Source: Lama guanicoe
Lineage: Eukaryota
Assembly (NCBI GenBank): GCA_013239625.1
Contig: MU053881.1
Coordinates: 7,897,957-7,957,956, forward strand
DNA: 60,000 nucleotides
Direction of reading: 5' to 3'
The position numbers and the translations under genes were made by a program. This document shows, piece after piece, positions 38,990-49,227 of the stretch. Within the stretch, counting starts at the first letter, position 1, and each line of letters opens with the position of its first letter. The notes beneath the pieces were generated by a model. The model was not told the DNA's origin, did no database searches, and worked only from the letters and a program-made list of their open reading frames with translations.

Positions 38990-39425
38990 CTTGTGTGTGA
39001 GGGCCTAGAAACATGAAAGCGCACAACACAGTTGGGGTGACAGTGTCATCAGGGGCAACTTGGTCAGACCAAATGGATTGAAGGAATCATCATGGAAGAT
39101 GGTGGTCATAAGGCTAAGTGGAAGGATGACTAGCTCCATCCTGGGAAGACCTTTGGGGGTTGTTGAAGGCAAAGGCCCCCATAAACATGGGTATAAGTTC
39201 CTACGTTAGGACCAAAGGTAGCAGAGATGGGGGAATGGTTGGATTCAAAAGATATTTCAACTGTAAAATCCATAGGACTCGGAGACAGATTTGAAAAGGG
39301 GGAGAGTAGAAATGGGGGTGTCGTTTACCAGGATGAGAATAAAGAGGTGGCTTGAGGAGGCGGTCAGGGGTCAGTTTGGGACTTGTTGACTCTGATATGC
39401 CTACAGGACATCCAGGTGGAGAAGT
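38990..39425 (-). mobile_element. L2 fragment
   Basis: ggattcaaaagatattt...ataggactcgg...tcagtttgggacttgttgactctgatatgcctacaggacatccaggtggag. Confidence 0.7.
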
Positions 39426-40529
39426 ATATTTTTTCCGCCATGCATTGTTGAGTGGTCGTTGTTTTGTTTTGTTTTGTTTCCCTTCAATCTACAAATAGAA
39501 CTTGAGTCCTCCTTAAAGAAGTGGAGTTGCCAGTAAAAATAATGTTGGAATTAGTGTGTCTTGACTCTGGCCAGAGTAGACCCCCTGAGGCAAAGCCTAG
39601 AATATAGAAAGCAAATGGTGTTTTTGGCAGTCTAGGGGCAGGCACCCAGCTGCTAAGTAGGAGTTTTGGCCTGGAGAGGGGGCCGGGAGCAAAGGAGTGT
39701 TGGGGGAGGATGGAGAAAAGGGGGGCAGGAGAATTATCTCTAAGAAGAAATCACTTTTGTTTTTAATTTTACACACATGGGGCTCATAATACTTGTAAGA
39801 ACAGAGCTTAGCAATGGAGAGAGATGGAGAGATAAGAGTGAGTCTCCCTTCGCGAGAGGCTGGGGGGCACTGCTGCTTTCTGCTGAACAGATTCCAGTGC
39901 TCAAAAGACCCTATTTTTCGTGAAGGGCAAGGAGAAAGTGATTCCCAAACCTTCCATGGCTTTCTTCCTGCTTTCCTCAAAGTGCAGTCCAGCCTCTCAA
40001 CTCTGATCTGTCGGAGTTTACCCATGAGATTGTGGATCTGGAGGAGTTTCAAATACGTGAAACATTGTTGCTCTCCCTTGTGCCTTATTTTTACCTACCT
40101 CCCTACTTTGAAAGCAGTGTCAGTGAGCAGTACCAGCTGCAGGGTATCTGATTCTGGGAGCCTCTCACCTCCCTTCTTGTATTAATTTAGGAATGTTTCA
40201 TTTCTGCAAAAGTGGTGCTGTGATCTTTGCTTTTCTATGCATGCCTTTCATCTGGCGCTCACAATGTGCTATACAGATGTTCCCCTGCCAGACCCCGGTG
40301 CCCCCTAATTTGCTTTGAGATCCCCGCAAGTTACAGCCCCTCTAGGCAATACCACCCCTTTACCTGTAGCTAAGCACACAAACAGGATACCCTGGGGGAA
40401 GGGTCTCCCTCTACACGCTGCCTTCTGCTTCTTTGCCCATCCAACCTTTTTCAGACTCTGCCTTCTCTGTTCAGTCTGTATAATTCTCGCTCATCAATTC
40501 ATTTCCATTTGTTATTTCAGTGTGTCCAT

Positions 40530-40780
40530 ATTGAGTGAAATACTGAGGACTGTGCTTGTATCACCAGGGATACAACAATGAGTGAAGTGCAGCAGGGCCC
40601 TGCCTCTGGGAGCTCATGATACGGTGGGGGAGACGACAGAAAAGTGGGCGGGAACTTACAACCTGGTATGGTAGATGCTAGGATGGGGCTAAGCGCTGGG
40701 TGCCATAGGAACACAGCATATGAGCTCCTGACTCTCTTTGGTGAGACAGAGTGTGCTTCCTATAGGAAGTAAGAGTGAGC
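40530..40780 (-). mobile_element. L2 fragment
   Basis: ggccctgcctctgggagctca...gggtgccataggaacacag. Confidence 0.6.
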
Positions 40781-40921
40781 TTGCTGTGGTTTGGATCCTG
40801 AATCAACTGCTTACAAGCTGGATTACTTTGGGCAAGTCACTTAACACTGAAAATGTGTTACTGAATTAAAAATCTAATAAAGTACCCAGCACACAGTAAA
40901 TGCTCAAAAAGCGTATATTGA

Positions 40922-41050
40922 GGGGGGGTGGCTCAAGTGGTAGAGCACATGCTTCCCATGCATGAGGTCCTGAGTTCAATCCCCAGTACCTCCTCCAAAG
41001 ATAAATAAATGAATAAACCTAATTACTTCCCCCTCATAAGACAAGCAAAA
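40922..41050 (+). mobile_element. tRNA-derived camelid-type SINE (vic-1-like)
   Basis: ggctcaagtggtagagcacatgct...gagttcaatccccagtacctcc...aaataaacctaattac. Confidence 0.93.
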
Positions 41051-41094
41051 CATGTACTTTGATATTGTTCCACAGATCTGTCTCATCCTTTACA

Positions 41095-41187
41095 AGGATA
41101 TGTATGTATATGCATGACTGGGACATTGTGCTGTAGACCAGAAATTGACACGTTGTAACTGATGGTACTTGAATTAAAAAAGAAAAA
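41095..41187 (+). mobile_element. Very short young L1 3' end
   Basis: tatatgcatgactgggaca...cagaaattgacacgttgtaactga...aattaaaaaa closely matches the reverse complement of 9880-9965. Confidence 0.88.
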
Positions 41188-42145
41188 CGAATATTCATTC
41201 ATCATTCATTCATTCACTCCTTCATTCGGTAAATACATACTGAGTACCACCTTGCGCCAGGTGGTGTTCTCAGTGGAGGTGTGTAGACGTGTGCCCAGGG
41301 CTTAGAACATCAGTACTTCTAGGACGTAAATTACTTCACCTCAGCCCTTTTCCTTCTGCGTGGGCTGTGTTTGGCGAAAATCTTGGAAGTAATACTAATA
41401 GAAATTCTCTTTTGCTGCCTGTCGAAGCAGCAAGAAGACCACTTTCCTAGGGGTGAGGGAAAGTCCGGGCAGTGAGGAAATAGCCCTGTAGCTGTGCCCA
41501 GCTTGCCCTTTGCAGGTCACCATCTCCCCTCCAGCTCTAGGCTGCTTCCCATTGGCTCCAGCCCGACAGGAGTCCCCCTCTCCCACCGCCACCTCCCTCC
41601 CCACCCCCGTCACAGCTTTAGGTCTGCTCAGCAGGGACAGGAAACTGCACATAGGAATGCATGGTCATCCTCCGCTGCTGTCAGAAAGAGTCGAAAAGCC
41701 AAATTGGGTGCCTTAAAGTTTTACAAGTGCCCGCTGCTGCTGAATACTTGAAATTCTTAGAAATAAAATGCGCAGCTCCCGGGAGTTTTTCCTCGGGGAA
41801 AACCTGGCCATCTCATTCCCAGGTCCAGCCACAGCTGTGCCACACGGAGCGAGAAGGAGACTGTCAGCCACGAACCCAGCTGAAACCTTAGTGTGAGTCA
41901 GCGTCTCTGGGGCCGCCTCGCCCCAGGGCCGCTCTGCTCCGTGGAGGAGTCGTCCCTACGCTGTGATGGACGGGGCTGCTTCTGCAGAGAAGACAGGCTT
42001 GCGCTGTAGGGAGCTAAGGAGGCGTATGCCTGTTGCTGTGGTTGATGCTCCCGAAACGCAGCAATAGGTAGCTTCCTTCTCCTGGTTCAGAACACAGAGC
42101 TGGGCTCTTCAGCCCCATGGAACTGAAGAATAATAAAGCACCACT

Positions 42146-42297
42146 TTTTTTTTTTTAGTGTAGTCAGTTTAAAATGTGTTAATTTCTGGTGTACAGCATA
42201 GTGATTCAGTTATACATGTACGTGTGTGTGTGTGTATGTTCCTTTTCATACTCTTTTTCATTATAGGCTATTACAAGGTATTGAATATAGTTCCCTG
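42146..42297 (-). mobile_element. Short young L1 3' end
   Basis: Poly-T plus L1 3'UTR; 10-bp TSD aagcaccact at 42136-42145 / 42298-42307. Confidence 0.9.
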
Positions 42298-42344
42298 AAG
42301 CACCACTGTTTTGAGCCATTCTGTTTTCAGCAAACACCTTGCCC

Positions 42345-43160
42345 TTTCTTTCTTTCTTTCTTTCTTTTTTAAGCTATAATTCAATAACATAATATTCACC
42401 ATCTCAAAGTATACCATTCAGTTTTATGTATATTCACTATGTTATGGCGCCATCACAACTGCCTAATTCCAGACCATTCCCATCACCCCAAAAAGAAAAC
42501 TACCACTCATCAGTGGTCTCTTCCCGTATTCCCCTCCCCGCAGCCCTGGCAACCACTAGTTTACTTTTTGTCCCTGTGGATTTGCCTTCCCTGGGCATTT
42601 TGTATAAATGGAATCATGTAATAATTGACCTTTTACATCTGACTTCTGTCACCTAGCATGTTTCCAGGATTCATTCATGCTGTAGTGTGTTAACAGTACT
42701 GCATTCCTTTTTTATGGCTGAATAGTATTCCATCGTATGGCTCTAACACATCTTCTTTATCTGTTCATCAGGTGATGGGCATTTGGTTATTTCTAATCTT
42801 TTGGCTACTGTGAATAAGGCTGCCATGAACATTCATGTATAAGGTTTTGTGTGGATGTGTTTTCATTTGTCATGGGTATATACCCAGGAGTGGGGTTCCT
42901 AGATCATATGGTAATTCTATGTTTAATTTTTTGAGGAACTGCCAAAATGTTTTCCACAGTGGCTATACCATTTATGACCATGCCAACAGTGTATGAGGGT
43001 TCCAGTTTCTCCACATTCTTACCAATACTTGTTATTGCCATATAGGTATGTGTGTACGTATATAGAGAGAGAGAGGGGAGGGGAGGGAGAGAGAGAAAGG
43101 CAAGGGGGAGAGAAAGGAGAGAGGGCCCTCCTGGTGCCTACTGGGTGTGAAGTGGTGCCC
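42345..43160 (-). mobile_element. Older L1MB-like 3' region with an internal (TA)/(GA)-rich expansion
   Basis: ccctggcaaccactag...ataaatggaatcat...ttatggctgaatagtattccat...tttgaggaactgccaaa...gggtgtgaagtggt. Confidence 0.9.
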
Positions 43161-43994
43161 TCTCTCATGTGTATAATTTGGTCGTTCTAGGCTTTTTCTT
43201 CTCTCTATGCATTGCTCCTATCAGTGTGATTTCCTCCTATGTAGGATCCAGATTTTTTCGTAAAATTCTGGAAGAAAGATGATGGACAATTTTTTAATAT
43301 TGTGTGTGCCTCGTATTTATATCATTCTTACTGTTATCCTGGCCTGAATCTGCCTCACCCCAATCCTGAGCTCCCGGTTCACATGCCTGCCAGATGTCAG
43401 GACCCCTCCTACTCCTGCTCTTTACTGGTTACAGGGCCTGAATTTGATAAGACAGGGATAGTGCCTCCCTCCTGAGCCGGCCCCCCCCTCGTCCTGCCCA
43501 GGCAGCTGGACAGAGGAGAGAAGGAGCCCGTTGCCTTCACGTGCAGTCTCTTGCTTCTCTTTATTTCTAAACCAAGGGGCTAATGAAATATACAGCAAAC
43601 TTTGGTTTGGAAGAAATTACAAGCAGAGTCACATGCAGGCTTACTATGCAAGAGTTTGTGGTCTATTGAACATAGGTCGTGTAAAGTGTCTTCAAGAGAT
43701 TTGCAATGCACATTGTCAAGTTATACTAAACCAACTTGAGAGAACACAGTGTTTTCATCTATCTTAGTTGTGTGTTGGAGTTACGACTGACAAATTGTTC
43801 TTCTTGTTAAAATAAGTCCTTAAGGATCTCCAGCAAACACTGAAATCACCAAGTCATAGTGTATACTTGTGGGTAATCCGTTCATGTTTTGTAATTCAAA
43901 CTTTTCTAGCTAATTTAAACTGTCATGTGTCTCAACCAGCCCTAATTAATGAGACTTCAGAGTCTGTCCATTGAGTCTGATTCTGAAATAGAAC

Positions 43995-44190
43995 CGAATA
44001 GTTAAGCGCAAGGCAAAACAGACTTTGGTTTGAAACCTAGCTCTGCTCTGACTCTAGGACCTCGAGCAAGTCATTTTTCTCTAGTTTAAAACGAGGTTCT
44101 GATGTGTCCATTAGAGGGCTGCTTTGAGAAGCAAATGAGATTATTTATGTAAGGTATCAGCACAAGGTCAGCCACATGAATTTAGCAGGC
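43995..44190 (+). mobile_element. MIR SINE
   Basis: agttaagcgc...cagactttggtttgaaacctagctctgc...gagcaagtcattt. Confidence 0.7.
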
Positions 44191-45636
44191 ATTTGATGAA
44201 GCCTTTAATAGCGATAGCACAGTAGTTGCATCTTTCTTTAAATAATAGGCATGTCCAGAAATGGTGCAAGCAAATTCCTTTTTATTTTTGTTTTGTGGAC
44301 AATGAAACATATTAACTAGATTAGAGAGCTGATTTTTATTTTTAAGGAACCGCATGGTGAGTCCTCTTTTGTAAATGGATGCATCACTTCTAGTCTTACC
44401 TGGTTTATGTACATTTCCCTTTTGGATCTCAGGATTTCTGAAAATGGGACACACCTGTCCAGAATCCTAAGCTGCCACCCCCAACTCTCCTGCCTCCGCT
44501 TGAAAAATGTCACAGTGCCAATCTCTGGTTGGCAAATGCTGGTGTGGCAAACAGCACCTTCCTTTGATGTGACCAAACTGTGTGTGTGAGAGCCTGGGGT
44601 CTCTGGGTCGAAGCAGGTACGGGCTCCTGGGAGGAAGTAACTGATTGCACTAATCTTGTTCTCCGTCAGGCTTTTACGGGAACTCTCAAAAAAAAAAAAA
44701 AAACCCTTTATGTTAAAGTGGAAACAAAAGTGCTCCAACCATAATAAGGATCTCAATTATAACCCTGGGAGAGCAGATGGGCACTGGATTTGACAGAGGG
44801 AACCTTTTCAGCACATCTGTCTTTGATAACTTCTAATGCAGAGAATGGGGCCTTTGAAATTAATTGGTCACTCCAAAGCAGTGTTTTCAATAATGCAACT
44901 GAGAACTTTTTGTTATGTAGAAAAGTCCTGACTGGTGCTGACTTTGAGGAGTGAATTAATTTTTCATGAGTTCATAGTGCTTCAGGCTACACTCCAGCCT
45001 CTTCATTTTCCAGGATTTTTTCATGTCTAGGGTGATTTGTTTTAAGCAACTCCGTATGAAGGTATTTGAGGCTCTCTGTTTTCTCCTTGGTCGTTGTCTG
45101 GAAGAGTGATTGCAGAGAGTTGGAAAATCCCCCAGTGGGCCCTATGAGCTGTCCTGTCCCACTTTGCTACCGTGCATTCCTTCTTCATCCTCCATTTTCC
45201 ATGCATGTGCCCTGTGTACCAGCAGTATACACGCCGCCCATCATCAACCAACAAGACAAGTAGGAGAAGCAGGCTTCCCTCTTGGAAAGCAGTGCCTTCT
45301 TTAGTTCTTTCTGCAAGATTTGAGTGAGGAATGAGACCCATTGCTTATTTTTCCCTTGTCATCCCGGGCAGGGGTCCTGGGGCTCTCTACTGGCCTACTT
45401 GGGTTCCTAAGAGGATCTGCCTTCACAGATCTGGTTGCTGGAAATGAGGGTCTTGTCTCGTGGAAGCAGAAAGTACTGACTTTACTGTTAGCCTGTCCTG
45501 GAAAGCAAGCTCAGCCTCCTTGTTTTTTGGACCATCTCCTTGGGAGATGCCTGTCTCGTCCAACATTTCTTGAATCTATTATAGTTCACTAGATTGTAAG
45601 TACAAGGATTGGAGAGTGTCTGACATTTACTTTTAT

Positions 45637-45707
45637 AGGAAGAAAGGGAGGGAGGGAAGGAAGAAGGAAGGAAGGAAGAAAGAAAAGAAGGAAGGAAGGA
45701 AGGAAGG
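45637..45707. repeat. 71-nt pure polypurine (GGAA)n-rich tract
   Basis: Directly visible. Confidence 0.95.
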
Positions 45708-45829
45708 TCGGCCAGGTGGATGAATTGTTGTCCTATAGTTGACAAGACTTTGTCTAAGTGCTCAGGCCACTGCAGATGGAATGAGTAAGAATAAAAGCTC
45801 TGAAAAGCCTTCACTGCTCGTCCTCTTGA

Positions 45830-46065
45830 GTCTCAGGTAGCTGCCACTCCTGCGTGTCCCCACGGCGTCTGGTACCTGGCTCGGTTCAGCACTGTTCACA
45901 CTCAGTCGTGACTCCCTGTGTGCATGTCTGTCACCCCCACTCTACTGTGTTCCCTGAGAACACGGAACTTGTTCTGTGTCTGCCTTGTTTGCAGATCTAT
46001 GGCCCAGTGCTTAGCACACAGCCCACACACAGCTCAGCAAATGGTGAATGAGTGATTGAGGAAGC
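45830..46065 (+). mobile_element. L2 3' end
   Basis: cccagtgcttagcacacagccc...gctcagcaaatggtgaatgagtg. Confidence 0.7.
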
Positions 46066-47417
46066 GAATGGAAGAGCCGTGTAAATTAGTTGGGTCCTCT
46101 TCTCAAAAGAAATGATACCGGAAAATAATAATGTGCATATCCAAGATATTCAGAATTGATTCAGAGAATGATACTGTGCTTCTGTAACTCAGTTTGGGCA
46201 GAATGCTACCAGGAGTCAATGGGAAGGATGACAGACAGGAAATATTGGTTCAGTAAACAAATTCTGGGCAGCTGAACGTTTTGCAACTTTTTTCATGTTG
46301 CATTGACCGTATGCCTATTCATCACCACCTCCATCAGTTTATCAGCCTCACATTCACTCATCGATCATCATTTGCAGAGGCAGGGGTAGGACAGAGGAGC
46401 TGGCCGCAAGAAGGACTCCCATTCTTGGAGGATAGCTAGTCAACAAGGGTCTGATGCCTACTGGTGGCATTCTTTCAGTCATAATGTATGCACAAGACCT
46501 GTTCTCTCCCTTTATTAAGGGATAATTGATTGAGGTCAGAAGTTTTTGAGAGTCCTGGGAGATTTTTAATCCACTGCCATGATGCAAAGCTTACTACATC
46601 AATAAGACAGTTCCATAGGGGGATGCAGGAGTAATTGAGATGCCATACCAGCTGGAATCCAGATGAAGATACATTTGGAAGCTTAATCACAATCCTGTTC
46701 TACACTAAATATTCATCCGTCTGTCTCCCAAAGAGGACAGGAAATTAAGTTGTCAAGGACAGAGGGGGAGGAGGTTGAGCTGAAAGAAACCCACACCTCA
46801 GCCTTAATCTCTAAGTATGCAAGACTGTCTTAGGTGGTTGAAGCAAAAGCCTCTTCTTTCCCGTTTTATTTCCCGAGAAATATTTGAGCTGTTTATACAC
46901 AATTTATCAGCCCTAACAGTTACCAAAATGGACTTGTTAAGATAGCTCAGCCTCCTCACTGTGGGGTAATTACAGATGAGCAATGCCATCTCCACAGAAA
47001 AATGCTTTATTGAGCCAATATGGAAAAGGATTAAAATTGTGTAAACACGCAGGAAGGAGCAGAGGGGTTCCTAAATGGAGCTGACGGCTGTGATTGTATC
47101 TGCCTTCACGCGCAGCGTCCCGAAACTTGAACTAAACCCTGGATACGGTCAGTAAGAATTACGTTACATGTTGTGGGTTTTCTTTCATTTCTTTTTTCTT
47201 TCTTTCTTTTTTTTTTTTAATTTCCAAGTTAAACACTATATGGTCCCTTCAAGGCATCTAAATTTCATTTCAAAGGGTGGGGTTTGAAAAAAATCTGTGT
47301 TGCAGCCATAAATGAGATGATCATTTCTTTTCAAATTCTGCCCCAACAGTGAGTCCAACAGTGGCTTTTTAAAAAAGGGACAGTGACGTTCAAAGTCATG
47401 TTATCAGGTGAGGAGGC

Positions 47418-47775
47418 TGCATCAGGCAGTGTGTCTTTGGCTGCAAGTAACAGAACAATCCGCACTGGAATTTGTTTTAATAAGGGAATGTAGTGGTTCA
47501 TGTGATAGGAGTCTTTAGGAGGGTGATACCCCAGATGCAGGATGTTAGGGCCTCTGCCCTGCTTCTCTGTGGTTATCCTGGTGCTCTGCCTTCCCCAGAG
47601 TACTGACGCCAGCATCTAATTAGTTCTGTCCCAGCCATCATATCCTGATGCTTCAATCTCCAGCAGACAAGGGGGCCCTCCCTTCTCTGTGCCTCTCTCT
47701 TGGGAAGAAGTAAATTTCCTAGAAGCTCAACAGCAGACTCACTCTCACTTAAAACCTGCCTAGGCCAGCCCATCG
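47418..47775 (-). mobile_element. Old MaLR LTR (MLT1J/K-like)
   Basis: tgcatcagg...tttggctgcaagtaacagaa...cccagccatcatatcctga...tttcctagaagctc. Confidence 0.6.
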
Positions 47776-47889
47776 GTGATTATTTGAGAGCCCTCTTTGC
47801 GTGGAGGTGGTGGGAGAAGCACGGCCGTCCTCTAGTACCCTCTGTGATATGACCAGGACATAACTACCCATGACATCACCGCATTCACA

Positions 47890-48110
47890 TAGTGCAGTAG
47901 AAAGAACACAGACTGTGGAGTCAGGCAGTCCTGCATTTGAATCCCATCTCTGTTCCTAATTAGGTGGGCGATCTGAGTGGATCACTTACCCTCAGTGAGC
48001 TTCCCTGCTCCTTGGGTGAAATATGAGGGTGAGGACTGATCCAGAGAGCTTGCGAGAATTAAAGCGTGGGACACAGACACAGGGGAGGCACTGCTCAATC
48101 AGAAGTCCCA
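47890..48110 (+). mobile_element. MIR SINE (target of the L1; 3' half duplicated)
   Basis: agtgcagtagaaagaacacagactgtggagtcaggcag...tttgaatccc...tcacttaccctcagtgagctt. Confidence 0.8.
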
Positions 48111-48117
48111 TTCTATG
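47980..48117 (+). repeat. 138-bp direct repeat, copy 1
   Basis: Matches 49090-49227 at 134/138 positions, no indels. Confidence 0.97.
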
Positions 48118-48265
48118 GGAGAAAATTTTTGCAAATGAAACCAACAAAGGCTTGATTTCCAGAATATATAAGCAGCTCATATGACTCAATAAGAAAAAAA
48201 TAAACAACCCAATCCAAAAATGGGCAGAAGATCTAAACAAGCAATTCTCCAAGGAAGACATACAA

Positions 48266-48673
48266 ATGATCAATAGGCACATGAAAAAGTGCTCAATACC
48301 ACTAATTGTCAGAGAAATGCAAATCAAAACTACAGTGAGGTGTCACCTCACACCAGTCAGAATGTCCATCATTCAAAAGTCCACAAATGACAAATGCTGG
48401 AGAGGCTGTGGAGAAAAGAGAACCCTCCTACACTGCTGGTGCGAATGCAGTTTGGTGCAGCCACTTTGGAAAACAATATGGAGATTCCTCAAAAGACTAG
48501 GAATAGACTTACCATATGACCCAGGAATCCCGCTCCTGGGCTTATATCCAGAAGGAACCCTACTTCAAAAAAATACCTGCACCCCAATGCTCATAGCAGC
48601 ACTATTTACAATAGCCAAGACATGGAAACAGCCTAAATGTCCATCAACAGATGACTGGATAAAGAAGATGTAG
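48266..48673 (+). pseudogene. L1 ORF2 C-terminal remnant with cysteine-rich motif; premature stop (TAG where W is expected after WIKKM)
   Basis: HMKKCS...REMQIKTT...[19 protein letters not shown]...[10 protein letters not shown]...[24 protein letters not shown]. Confidence 0.95.
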
Positions 48674-48711
48674 TATATTTATATGATGGAATACTATTCA
48701 GCCATAAAAAC

Positions 48712-48725
48712 NNNNNNNNNNNNNN
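48712..48725. other. Assembly gap (14 N)
   Basis: Run of n characters. Confidence 1.
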
Positions 48726-49089
48726 CTAAAAAAAAAAAAAAACAAAGAACATAAATACAAAACAGAAACAGACTCATAGACATAGAATACAAACTTGTGG
48801 TTGCCAGGAGGGGAGGTGGGAAGGGATAGACTGGGAGTTCAAAATTTGTAGATACTGACAGGCATATGTAGAATAGATAAACAAGATTATACTGTATAGC
48901 ACAAGGAAATATATACAGGATCTTGTGTTAGCTCACAGAGAAAAATAAATGTGATGATGAATGTATGTATGTTCATGTATAACTGAAAGGTTGTGTGCTA
49001 CACTGGACTTTGACACAACATTGTAAAATGGCTATAACTCAATGGAAAAAATGTTAAAAGAAAAAAAGGACAGGATTTAAATCTTAAAA

Positions 49090-49227
49090 GATCACCTACC
49101 CTCGGTGAGCTTCCCTGCTCCTTGGGTGAAATATGAGGGTGAGGACTGACCCAGAGAGCTTGCGAGAATTAAAGCGTGGGACACAGACACAGGGGAGGCA
49201 CTGCTCAATCAGAAGTCCCACTCTATG
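49090..49227 (+). repeat. 138-bp direct repeat, copy 2
   Basis: Matches 47980-48117. Confidence 0.97.

Larger units (their letters stand above)
48118..49067 (+). mobile_element. 5'-truncated young LINE-1 (ORF2 C-terminus, 3'UTR, polyA); spans an assembly gap
   Basis: WEKIFAN...LISRIYKQL upstream, ORF track peptide 48266-48673, L1 3'UTR and A-rich tail. Confidence 0.96.

Noticed and set aside
47992..48327. 111-aa minus-strand ORF
   Set aside because: Antisense reading of L1 ORF2 running into the MIR.
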